Source of the DNA: a virus
Lineage: Duplodnaviria; Caudoviricetes
Length of the DNA: 33,685 nt
Reading direction: 5' to 3' (one strand)
IMG/VR virus record: IMGVR_UViG_3300044260_000023
Location: 1 to 33,685 of that record
The translations under genes and the position numbers were made by a program. Below, piece by piece: positions 8,919-17,142 of this stretch (position 1 is the first letter of the stretch; every line of letters starts with the position of its first letter). The notes below the pieces were generated by a model. It searched no databases, was not told where the DNA came from, and worked only from the letters and a program-made list of their open reading frames with translations.

Positions 8919-9215
8919 TTAGCGGTTGCTGGAGTGCACGACAGACTTCATGCGCTTGATGGACTCGGCCATGTCGAACAGGTTGCCGGGTACTTTCCCA
9001 TTGGCCCAATCAAGCTCCAGAGCATCCAAGTCCAAGGCGGGCTGCAAGGGCATGACCACCGTGGCGAACGACTTGTCCGTAGCCGGGTTGACTTTCACTT
9101 CCGGGCTAGACAGGTGGAACACCATGTGCCGGGGGTCGGTGCGGTCTACCTTTTCCAGCTTCGCTCCAAGCGACAGCATAGCAGCCGCAAAATAGATATC
9201 GGTTGTCGTCTTCAT
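8919..9215 (-). CDS. Hypothetical protein (DUF5659-like)
   Basis: N-terminal TTDIYFAAAMLSLG...VF pattern recalls this small phage family; AGGAG RBS. Confidence 0.6.
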   Translation of the reverse strand: MKTTTDIYFAAAMLSLGAKLEKVDRTDPRHMVFHLSSPEVKVNPATDKSFATVVMPLQPALDLDALELDWANGKVPGNLFDMAESIKRMKSVVHSSNR

Positions 9216-9232
9216 TCATTCTCCTGTTTGGG

Positions 9233-9742
9233 TTATTTTTCTTCCACGATGTCCAGAATGCGCTTGTCCAAATCCTGTAGTGCGGCCATGTCGGTACCAG
9301 CACGCTGGAGCTTCTTGATGATGTTGTTTAGTTCGGCCACACTCTCATGTTGCTGCTCCACCTTCTCATACAGGAAGTTGCAGGTGTCCGGGTCTTCACA
9401 GTCTTCGGACAACTGGTACAGTTCTTCCATGTATCTCCAGTATAGCTCTTCCAATTTCAGGGCCGCATTGAAGTAATCCAGCGGCACCGTGCTGAACAGG
9501 ATGGGAGGTATCTGGATATTGTTGTAGACCGGTCGAACGTTCCTCTCGGTCAGGTAGTGGTCGAAGTCTCTGGCATGCCCCAATTCTTCCTTCTCCGACT
9601 TGTGCATAAACTTGTGGAACCCGTACCATTCCTGCAAGCGAAAATCGCATCGCATCTGCTTGTAAACCAGAGCAGCAACCATTTCACGGTTCATCTGCAC
9701 CTGCAATGCATCGGCCATTCGGCTGTCCAGCAATACGCTCAT
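9233..9742 (-). CDS. ftn: Non-heme ferritin
   Basis: QMNRE..A..Y, EELGHA, ALKLE, DPDTCNFL...VEQQ ferroxidase-centre pattern; AGGAG RBS before ATG 9742. Confidence 0.88.
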   Translation of the reverse strand: MSVLLDSRMADALQVQMNREMVAALVYKQMRCDFRLQEWYGFHKFMHKSEKEELGHARDFDHYLTERNVRPVYNNIQIPPILFSTVPLDYFNAALKLEELYWRYMEELYQLSEDCEDPDTCNFLYEKVEQQHESVAELNNIIKKLQRAGTDMAALQDLDKRILDIVEEK

Positions 9743-9757
9743 GTATATCTCCTGAAT

Positions 9758-9788
9758 CAAAATACCGCACTAAGATTCTAGTGCGGTA
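9758..9788 (-). terminator. Probable intrinsic terminator after the SPFH gene
   Basis: TACCGCACTA-N6-TAGTGCGGTA 10-bp stem followed by TTTT on the minus strand. Confidence 0.6.
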
Positions 9789-9815
9789 CCTTGATGTTAG
9801 CAAACGTGACTTATA

Positions 9816-10739
9816 CTATTGACCGGTCGGGGTCGTATTCGGTAGCGGCAGGATGAACTGGTTGCCGCTGGGAACGAAGATGGTCTGCACGCCGGGGGCC
9901 AGCTTGGTGATGTACTGGTACTGGAGCAATTGCGGTGACAAGCTCTGGGTAATGAGAGTGTTAGCCTGTGCTTGGGCCTGTGCTTGCAGGACGGTGGCAT
10001 CTGCATTGCCCTTGGCAATCGCCACGTTCGCATCGCCCTGCCCCTTCGCTGTAGCCGCCGCAGTCTGGGCATCCACCTGTGCCTGTGCAAGTTTCTGCTT
10101 GGCCGTTTCCACTTGCTGCTGGGCCACCTGCTTGGCTTCAATCGCCGCATTGAATTCTGGTGAGAAGTCAAAATTCTCAATCAGGAAATTCTTGACCAGA
10201 ATGTGGTACGGTGCCGCCTGTTGCATAATCATGGTCTCTGCCTTGCTGCGAACTTCTTCACGCTTGGTGATAAGCTCTTCAGCAGTGTACCCGGCAGTCG
10301 TGGCCTTGAATGCGTTCTGAACGATGGGCGACAAGATGGTGTCTTTGAACCCCACACCGATGGTCTGGTAGACCGTAGCAGCCGATGATGGGTCGAGTGA
10401 GTAGTTGACTGCGATGGTGGCCTTGACTGCTTGCAGGTCTTTCGATGCAGCCGATGCGTCCACTTCATCTTTCTGGGTCTGAATGTTCATGCGCACGACG
10501 CCTTCAATGAAGGGCATCTTGGTATTGAACCCCGGATAGGTCACACGATTGACTGCACCCAGCCGGGTCACAACACCGACGCTGCCCGCCGGTACAGTAA
10601 AGAACCAGCCGAATGCCGCTGGTAAGAGCACCAGAACTGCGAATACTGTCAGACCAATACGACCATAGTTGATGCTGTACGAAGTGTGCATATCCCCGTA
10701 GCGGTCTTTCTCTTGCTTGGAACTAACGAACCAACCCAT
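9816..10739 (-). CDS. SPFH/prohibitin (band 7) family membrane protein
   Basis: N-terminal TM helix, VPAGSVGVVTRLG, SKDLQ, YTAEELITKRE, FSPEFNAAIEAKQVAQQ coiled coil. Confidence 0.92.
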   Translation of the reverse strand: MGWFVSSKQEKDRYGDMHTSYSINYGRIGLTVFAVLVLLPAAFGWFFTVPAGSVGVVTRLGAVNRVTYPGFNTKMPFIEGVVRMNIQTQKDEVDASAASKDLQAVKATIAVNYSLDPSSAATVYQTIGVGFKDTILSPIVQNAFKATTAGYTAEELITKREEVRSKAETMIMQQAAPYHILVKNFLIENFDFSPEFNAAIEAKQVAQQQVETAKQKLAQAQVDAQTAAATAKGQGDANVAIAKGNADATVLQAQAQAQANTLITQSLSPQLLQYQYITKLAPGVQTIFVPSGNQFILPLPNTTPTGQ

Positions 10740-10751
10740 AGTATCTTCTCC

Positions 10752-10867
10752 TTGTGAAATGAGTGTCAGGCTCTTGGGTCAACCCACACATCGCTTGCGC
10801 TTGACCGACCAGTTTAGTCGTATGGGTTCGTCACTGTCGGTTCAACCATAAGCCTGTTTCGCAATGC
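10752..10867 (-). ncRNA. Candidate structured RNA in the SPFH 5' leader, raiA-motif-like
   Basis: Stems CAGGCU/AGCCUG and GGUU/GACC; ACCGACAGU/ACUGGUCGGU; crossing helix AACCCAUAC/GUGUGGGUU; extended -10 upstream and RBS downstream. Confidence 0.6.
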
Positions 10868-10873
10868 TCTTGA

Positions 10874-10882
10874 ATCCTACCA
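10874..10882 (-). promoter_or_regulatory. Extended -10 promoter element for the RNA/SPFH transcript
   Basis: TG-G-TAGGAT on the minus strand just upstream of the structured leader; no clear -35. Confidence 0.4.
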
Positions 10883-10910
10883 CACATACGCAGAACTAGC
10901 TTAGAAGTTG

Positions 10911-11108
10911 CTAAGAGTCTTCATCCCGTCCAGAGAGCATGGCGTCTTGGTATTTGTCCTTGTAGTACCACATCTCACGCTCCAATTCAGAGTACTTCTG
11001 CTTCCACTGCTGGTTGAGCCTGTCGTTATCTCGCAGCAATTGATTCAGAATCAAGGATGTGGCTCTGGGGATGTATGGCTGTAGCAGCTTCACGATAAGT
11101 TTCAACAT
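10911..11108 (-). CDS. Small coiled-coil hypothetical protein
   Basis: MLKLIVKLLQP... start at ATG 11108, downstream of the capsid terminator. Confidence 0.55.
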   Translation of the reverse strand: MLKLIVKLLQPYIPRATSLILNQLLRDNDRLNQQWKQKYSELEREMWYYKDKYQDAMLSGRDEDS

Positions 11109-11122
11109 TGTATACCTGTAAC

Positions 11123-11154
11123 GAGAAACCCCGGCTGGAGGGCCGGGGTCTCTC
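11123..11154 (-). terminator. Intrinsic terminator after the major capsid gene
   Basis: GAGAGACCCCGGC-N6-GCCGGGGTTTCTC hairpin on the minus strand, 50 nt after the MCP stop. Confidence 0.7.
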
Positions 11155-11203
11155 ACACACTTGGAGGAACTAGGAGTTGGAACTTGGCAGAACTATTGTA
11201 CCA

Positions 11204-12403
11204 CTAAATCGTCGGGCACAACGTCACGGTGCGGCCACTGAAGATGGACTCGTACACGCCGTGGGCGCAGCGGGCCTTGACGATAAGGGCAGTCTTAGCC
11301 CAGATTTCAAACTGAATGCTGGTGCAGCCCGGAACCAAGTCACGGAACGAGAAGGGGATTTGAGTGCGCTTGTAGACAAGCGGCTCACCGTTGTGGCTCA
11401 TGCGCAGGACATACAGCTTGCTGTCGTATGTCGGGCCGAGGCTGTTACCAGTGATGGGGAAGTGACGGTCAGCAATCACCTTCATCGGGCCAATGGCGGT
11501 ATTGACTTCACCGGCGAAGTTATAGCCGGGGGTCACACGACTGCCATCAGTCTTGTAGATGAGTTGCGAACCCTGCCAGCCCAACTGGAAGTAGGCCGAC
11601 ATCAATTCCTGCACTGCTTGCGGGTGCCCAGCGATGGTATCGGGCTTGGCGCAACCTTCGGCCAAGAAGCGGTCGAACCCAATCGCAGCGAACGTACCGG
11701 ATGCAGCGAGGTCAACGCTGGAGCGAACATGCGAACCGTTGGCAGAAGTAATCTGCGTGGTCAGACCGTCGAACTGGAGACTGTTGTTCTGGCTGTTGCC
11801 GTTCACCAGCAGGTCGTCCCAGCCGTTCAGGACGAGAGTACCGGCCAGCACCATCTCTTTGGCCTTCAGGTCAGCAACCGCTTCAGCTTGGAAGGTGCCG
11901 ACATCGTTACCACCGGGCAGTCCCTCACCGAACTGGAACCCACCGACGATACGATTGATGCCGTTCCATCCTGCCGCAGCGACAGCCTGTGAGTGCATGA
12001 TGTCACTCAGCGTCAACGCCTTGTGCGCACCGATGTTCTTCAGGTTGATGGACAGGTTGGAGCCATTGTGGAAGAACTCTTCCGGGCAAGCTCCATCAGC
12101 GAACGAGATATACGCTGAACCGCTGGTGAATGCCAGTTGGTTCAGTTCACGCCATGTCTCTGCCTGAAGCGCAGTCGGAATCTCGGGCAGAGCCTTCCAC
12201 AGGCCAATCTCTTCGCACATGGTCACAAGCTCAGTCGTGTCAAGCGGCTGGGGGAACTGTGCGGAGAAGTCAACAGGGGTGGAAGCTAGGGGGTTGATGA
12301 CATCGGAGGCACGTCGCACGAACGGGTCAATGCGAGTGTTGGGTTGTCCCATCTGCCAAGCAGAGTTTGACCCACCGAGGTCAAGCATAAATTCACCGGC
12401 CAT
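11204..12403 (-). CDS. Major capsid protein (HK97 fold)
   Basis: About 400 aa directly after protease/scaffold; DLLVNGNS....QFDGL motif typical of HK97-fold MCPs; followed by a terminator; GGAG RBS favours ATG 12403. Confidence 0.85.
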   Translation of the reverse strand: MAGEFMLDLGGSNSAWQMGQPNTRIDPFVRRASDVINPLASTPVDFSAQFPQPLDTTELVTMCEEIGLWKALPEIPTALQAETWRELNQLAFTSGSAYISFADGACPEEFFHNGSNLSINLKNIGAHKALTLSDIMHSQAVAAAGWNGINRIVGGFQFGEGLPGGNDVGTFQAEAVADLKAKEMVLAGTLVLNGWDDLLVNGNSQNNSLQFDGLTTQITSANGSHVRSSVDLAASGTFAAIGFDRFLAEGCAKPDTIAGHPQAVQELMSAYFQLGWQGSQLIYKTDGSRVTPGYNFAGEVNTAIGPMKVIADRHFPITGNSLGPTYDSKLYVLRMSHNGEPLVYKRTQIPFSFRDLVPGCTSIQFEIWAKTALIVKARCAHGVYESIFSGRTVTLCPTI

Positions 12404-12428
12404 TGTAAACTCCATTTCTTGAAGTTAG

Positions 12429-12461
12429 AATGCGCCGCTAATAAATTAGCTTTACCGCATT
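12429..12461 (-). promoter_or_regulatory. Hairpin in the MCP 5' leader
   Basis: AATGCG/CGCATT and GCTAAT/ATTAGC nested stems between the scaffold stop and the MCP start. Confidence 0.35.
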
Positions 12462-12515
12462 ATTCGATTGTGGGATTGTTTTTTCTGTTTGGTATTCTGC
12501 CCCCTGTTGTGCTAG

Positions 12516-14660
12516 TTATCCAGCACCCGTGCTCTTGCGGGCGATGGCACTAATCTGGGCGAAGGGTTTCTTCTCCACAGTCAGGCCACCAAGCTCCCCA
12601 CCAGCCTGTTGCTGCATGATGGTAGCTGTGCCGGGGTTGAACGAAATGGAACGGGGCTGCGGTACGTTGCTGCGGCTCACGACGGGCTGGCCGCTACCGG
12701 CAGCAATCTGGGCCTTCAACGTGGCAATCTCCTGCATCAGCGGAGCCATAGCAGCCTGAACAGCCGCCGTGACATCACCACTGCCACCATCGCTGTACGT
12801 GACCGACCGGCGAACTGCTTCACCAAGGTTGTTCATGTACGGCTGAAGTGCTTGCAGAGCCATGTCGCCATAGACGCCCTGTGACTTCAGGGTGACGACC
12901 TGATTGATAAGAGCCTTGGCCGTAACGACCAGAGCCTTCTCCATCTTGGCCTTCGGTTTCTTCTCTTCAGCAGCCTCTTCCTCTGGAGTTTCCTTGCCAG
13001 CGTAAGCTGCCTTGACGTTGGTCACTGTACCAGCAGGAGCACCCATCTCTTTGTCACCGGAAGGACTGACACTATCTTCCTTGGATGGGACTTCGGGATA
13101 CAGTTCGTCTTCATTGAAAATATCAATCATCTCAGGACTGCCGGGAACGGGAGCACCCTGAATCTTGCCTTTCTCAACTGGTGTAGCCATTGCTTTCTCC
13201 TTCTTGGAGGCTGAATCTTCGGGCCATTCCATGCCCGCCGAATGATATAGATTGCGCAATTTGGCGAGTGCTTTACCCTTGCCGGGGCCACCGTATTTCT
13301 TGCCACGGAAACCCTTAGTCAAGGCCGCATGAGCCGCCCCTAAATGTCTGGGACTAATCTTACCGCTGGTATCCTTCACTGGCAAATGCCATGTTGAAGG
13401 CTTAGACGAGTCCTCGACGTGTAGGTAATGGGATGCCGGGTGTTCACCATCCGGTTCTTTCTTCGTCAGCGACAACCACTTACCGGGCTTGTCGTTGGCT
13501 CCAACTTCAGGTGCCCCAGAGACACCGGGTGCCTTGGAAGGATGGTTGGCTTGCATCGCCTTCCGCATGGCAACCTGATGCCCCATCATCATCTGGTCAA
13601 TGCATTCCTGCTTGAACAGACCAGTGTTGGGGTCGTAGCAATCCTGATACAGGCTGGCATCCGTCATCTTCAACGTCTTGCCTTCGCCCTGATTGCGCCC
13701 TTCAAGCTCTGGCTCTCGGGTCACACTGCCACGTTCGACGGTGCCATCACTCTTGATGGTCAGCACGTCAGCGGCCTTCGACTTGTCCACCAGAACATCG
13801 GCAAGGTCACCAATAATGGACTTGGCATCGTCGGCCTTCGTAACAATCTCATCACTCATGGAACGCTCCACTTCTGCCTCGGTGCGGGGATTGACCGGCA
13901 CTCGGGTAAAGGCAAGATGCACAAGCACACCACTCTTGTAGACTTTTCCACCAATGTTCTGCATGCACATCGGACACTGGTCAGTCAGGTTCTTGCGCTC
14001 GAATGTAAAATCCATGCCGTTGCCGACATGCTGATGCTTCAAGTCCAGAAAACCGATGCTGATACGCACCGGGTCATGCTCACTCTGGGATTTCTCCTTG
14101 GCATACAGGTCTTCACACAACGCCTTGAACACTGCACGACCAAGGTCATTGTCACTCAGGACACCGACTGCCTTCAGGACATCCCCATCTACGTACACCT
14201 TCTCAAAGATGCCGGGTACGTTGCTGCCCTGTGGCCCAGCCTTGAAGTGACTGATGGATGGATAGGGCATGCCACCACACCACGTATCTTCACAGATGGC
14301 CGACTTGAACGCTTCAGGCACCGGGATATTCTTCTCGATGCGGTCTACGAAGTCCTGAAACAGTTCATTCGACATGCTCTCGGTGAACAGGTCTGGTGCC
14401 GTATCGGATGCCACTGCACGGAAACGCATGGCCCCGCCGTGGCGGGTCTCATACGCTGCCTTCACAATGGTCATCGAGAATTCGGATAACTGGCTCTTCT
14501 GCCACTCACCCTTATCAGACTTGCGGTACCCGGCCTTCTTCAGACCAGCCCAAGCTGTCTGTGCAGCCTTCTGCTTGTCACCCTTGTACTCGTCCAGAGC
14601 ATTGTTGTAAATCTTCTCAAAGGTGTTGGCTGCTTCGCCATGTAGTGTGGAATAAGGCAT
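12516..14660 (-). CDS. ChaB domain + prohead protease + scaffold fusion
   Basis: N-terminal MPY...YNNALDEY...AAQTAWAGLK..Y.K...GEW (ChaB); ASDTAPD...H...ISIGF...LAFTRVPVNPRT (prohead protease); low-complexity C-terminus; located between portal and MCP. Confidence 0.8.
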   Translation of the reverse strand: MPYSTLHGEAANTFEKIYNNALDEYKGDKQKAAQTAWAGLKKAGYRKSDKGEWQKSQLSEFSMTIVKAAYETRHGGAMRFRAVASDTAPDLFTESMSNELFQDFVDRIEKNIPVPEAFKSAICEDTWCGGMPYPSISHFKAGPQGSNVPGIFEKVYVDGDVLKAVGVLSDNDLGRAVFKALCEDLYAKEKSQSEHDPVRISIGFLDLKHQHVGNGMDFTFERKNLTDQCPMCMQNIGGKVYKSGVLVHLAFTRVPVNPRTEAEVERSMSDEIVTKADDAKSIIGDLADVLVDKSKAADVLTIKSDGTVERGSVTREPELEGRNQGEGKTLKMTDASLYQDCYDPNTGLFKQECIDQMMMGHQVAMRKAMQANHPSKAPGVSGAPEVGANDKPGKWLSLTKKEPDGEHPASHYLHVEDSSKPSTWHLPVKDTSGKISPRHLGAAHAALTKGFRGKKYGGPGKGKALAKLRNLYHSAGMEWPEDSASKKEKAMATPVEKGKIQGAPVPGSPEMIDIFNEDELYPEVPSKEDSVSPSGDKEMGAPAGTVTNVKAAYAGKETPEEEAAEEKKPKAKMEKALVVTAKALINQVVTLKSQGVYGDMALQALQPYMNNLGEAVRRSVTYSDGGSGDVTAAVQAAMAPLMQEIATLKAQIAAGSGQPVVSRSNVPQPRSISFNPGTATIMQQQAGGELGGLTVEKKPFAQISAIARKSTGAG

Positions 14661-14666
14661 ACTGTC

Positions 14667-14969
14667 CTACTTGATAATCAAGGTTTCTGGAGCAATGAGT
14701 GTCTTCATGCCTTTCATGAATACCCAGACAATGAAACTCGTCACTACTCCAAGCACAAAGGACGCTACCAGCCCGTACCCGGAAAACAGGAACGCTGCCG
14801 AATACAGATACACTCCGCTGCACAGGTCACAGGCATGTATGTCCTTTACAAAGTTCGTGGGCACGTAGCGAGTTGGAAACTTCTGCCACACGTAGATAAG
14901 AATGCGGCCAACTACCGCAGTAACCAGCCAACTAAGCAGCGGCGGCTGGAGCAAGCTGGAAATACTCAT
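14667..14969 (-). CDS. Membrane protein with CxxC (DUF1360-like)
   Basis: Hydrophobic helices flanking ACDLCSGVY. Confidence 0.6.
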   Translation of the reverse strand: MSISSLLQPPLLSWLVTAVVGRILIYVWQKFPTRYVPTNFVKDIHACDLCSGVYLYSAAFLFSGYGLVASFVLGVVTSFIVWVFMKGMKTLIAPETLIIK

Positions 14970-15165
14970 ACTTCACCAGCGATACAACCATCATGACGTT
15001 ACCGCCACCACCCTGCCCACCACCGGTGTCCAGACCGATGCTCTGTGCTGACAGGATATCCCAGCCTTCAGCCAAGTCTTTGTTGACGGTGCCGTAGAAC
15101 TCCAGCACTGTGGTCGGGTTCACTGATGCAGTACGAATCTTGAATTCCTTAGCCTTCTTTTCCAT
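14932..15165 (-). CDS. Hypothetical protein
   Basis: Co-oriented ORF with GGAG RBS between portal and the membrane protein. Confidence 0.6.
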   Translation of the reverse strand: MEKKAKEFKIRTASVNPTTVLEFYGTVNKDLAEGWDILSAQSIGLDTGGGQGGGGNVMMVVSLVKYEYFQLAPAAAA

Positions 15166-17134
15166 TTGCATTCTCCATTTGGTCAATCGTATAGACTATG
15201 TAATCGTGCAGGTTCCTGTCCAGATTGCTAACCACTCGGGACTTCACCTGTTCGCACATATAATTGTAGTCATCGTCTGAATACCCATCAAATGCCATTT
15301 CCGGGTTTCCAGAGATGTCCATTACCACTGCATCGTACAGAACATTGTTCAGTTCTTCTGCAATGGACTTGGCAAGCAGACCATTGATGCCATCTTTCAG
15401 ACGCTTTTCCAAGTCTTTGCGCTTGGCTTCATCCTTGTAGATGTTGTTGCTCTCGAAGTCCGGGTCAGTCTGTATGATGCCTTGATTCAGACTCAACTTG
15501 GGCTTGCCAGCAGACAGTGCAATGAGAGCCTGTACAACACTCTGCTCACTGAACAGGTCTTCATCAATCAGGGACTTGGACAGAACGATGCTGTCATCCG
15601 GGTATTCGTAGATGTTGCGCAGCACGACCGGGCGCATCACATCCACCACGGACTTCACAAACGCATCCATCGTGGCATCGAAGTTCTTTGACTTGTTCAC
15701 GAACGACCGGGACGCATGTCCGGTCTGGCCTTCCCCACCCATGCTGGGTGGAACACCATGCCCCATGGCACCGGGGTTCTTCGGTGCATTCTTCGCATTG
15801 GCACCCGGCTTGGCACCACCTGTCCCGTTCATACCACCAGCCGGTAGCATCGGCTTGGCGTCCGGGGGTGGCGTCAGTGATATCGGAATGTCAATGAGAC
15901 CATCCTTTATCATCTGCATGCGTGCTTCTTCTGGGGAAAGGGAACCCCCGGTGACCATCAGGTTCAGACCCGTCATGGATGCAAGTCTGGCACGACCCAT
16001 CGCCACGTTGTGCTCATCATCATAGTCAATCCACTCGAACATCAATTCGGGAGGGAGTATATGTTCGAGGAATGCCTTGACTTTGGCCTTCAGACGTGCA
16101 ATCCCGGTGCGACGTGTTTGCGACGTTGCACGGATGGAACCCGCCAGAGTTTCACCACCACGGGAAGACGTTTGCAGACCAACATCATTGAGTGCCAGCC
16201 CATACGCCGAACACACAAGGGCGGCATATCGCAGCGTGATGTGGTCATACATGATGTCGTTCGGAACTTTCCCGAACGGAATAAAATCTACCTTATTGTT
16301 GTGCTCGTACAGCACCGGGATACGAAAAGCATCAGTAGTGTTAGCAACAAAGTTGCGGAAAGAATTAATCCAAGTCTCCGCTGAACTGGCCTCCATGTCA
16401 CCAAGGTCAAGAATGCCAGCAGGAGGTACATCAAGCAGCAGATTAGCATAGTACTTGTCTCCCCTGTTGAGCATATCCAGAGCGAAGTAAATCTTCTCTG
16501 GTGGAGCAATGCCCCACCCTTCTCGGAATATCTCGGGCCGGGGTGTCATCTGCAAGCGTGCAACTGCATGCTCTGGAAAAGCTACAGCAGTGTAACCCTG
16601 ATAGTACTGCACGACCGGGAAATTTTCATTCAACGTGGGATAGAGTGTGCCACCGTCCAGTGGCTTCAGCCACACAACACGCCCCTTGGGGTCATCCCCT
16701 TTGCGACCGATTTCAACAGCACCACCAAATGGAATATCCAGCAGGTCACCAATGACCCACTCCAGCAGTGAAGTAAAGTCACTGCCCAGATAGTAGCCAC
16801 CGTTGTTGAATAGCTTGGTGTAATAGCGAATGGTGGGGGCCAAGTCATCTTTGTCGTTGGCATCTCTGGCAGAGATAGACCAATCCAAACCGATGAGCAT
16901 GGAGATAAGAACTTCACGACAGGCAATCGCCACCGGCTGGTTCATCACCCATGCACGCCACGTATAAGCCGGGAGTGATGGGGGTCGTGCCCACGGTGGA
17001 GTCCAGCGTGTAATGAAAAGGTCTGTGATGTTGATACCACGCTGACCCGGTTCCTTGGTCGGCATGGGAACATTCACCACAGTTGTTGTTGCGGTTGGTA
17101 GTAACGCTTTTTCTTGAATTGGTTCGTCAGCCAT
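15149..17134 (-). CDS. Portal protein with C-terminal extension
   Basis: Immediately after TerL; DLLDIPFGGAVEI, LKPLDGGTL, GWGIAPPE, PPAGIL, VCSAYGL...VG, SPEEAR match HK97-type portal patterns. Confidence 0.85.
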   Translation of the reverse strand: MADEPIQEKALLPTATTTVVNVPMPTKEPGQRGINITDLFITRWTPPWARPPSLPAYTWRAWVMNQPVAIACREVLISMLIGLDWSISARDANDKDDLAPTIRYYTKLFNNGGYYLGSDFTSLLEWVIGDLLDIPFGGAVEIGRKGDDPKGRVVWLKPLDGGTLYPTLNENFPVVQYYQGYTAVAFPEHAVARLQMTPRPEIFREGWGIAPPEKIYFALDMLNRGDKYYANLLLDVPPAGILDLGDMEASSAETWINSFRNFVANTTDAFRIPVLYEHNNKVDFIPFGKVPNDIMYDHITLRYAALVCSAYGLALNDVGLQTSSRGGETLAGSIRATSQTRRTGIARLKAKVKAFLEHILPPELMFEWIDYDDEHNVAMGRARLASMTGLNLMVTGGSLSPEEARMQMIKDGLIDIPISLTPPPDAKPMLPAGGMNGTGGAKPGANAKNAPKNPGAMGHGVPPSMGGEGQTGHASRSFVNKSKNFDATMDAFVKSVVDVMRPVVLRNIYEYPDDSIVLSKSLIDEDLFSEQSVVQALIALSAGKPKLSLNQGIIQTDPDFESNNIYKDEAKRKDLEKRLKDGINGLLAKSIAEELNNVLYDAVVMDISGNPEMAFDGYSDDDYNYMCEQVKSRVVSNLDRNLHDYIVYTIDQMENANGKEG

Positions 17135-17142
17135 TGAAATTC

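Noticed and set aside
10752-10867. tRNA or known small ribozyme
   Set aside because: No cloverleaf or T-loop, and I could not match hammerhead, twister or HDV catalytic cores by eye.
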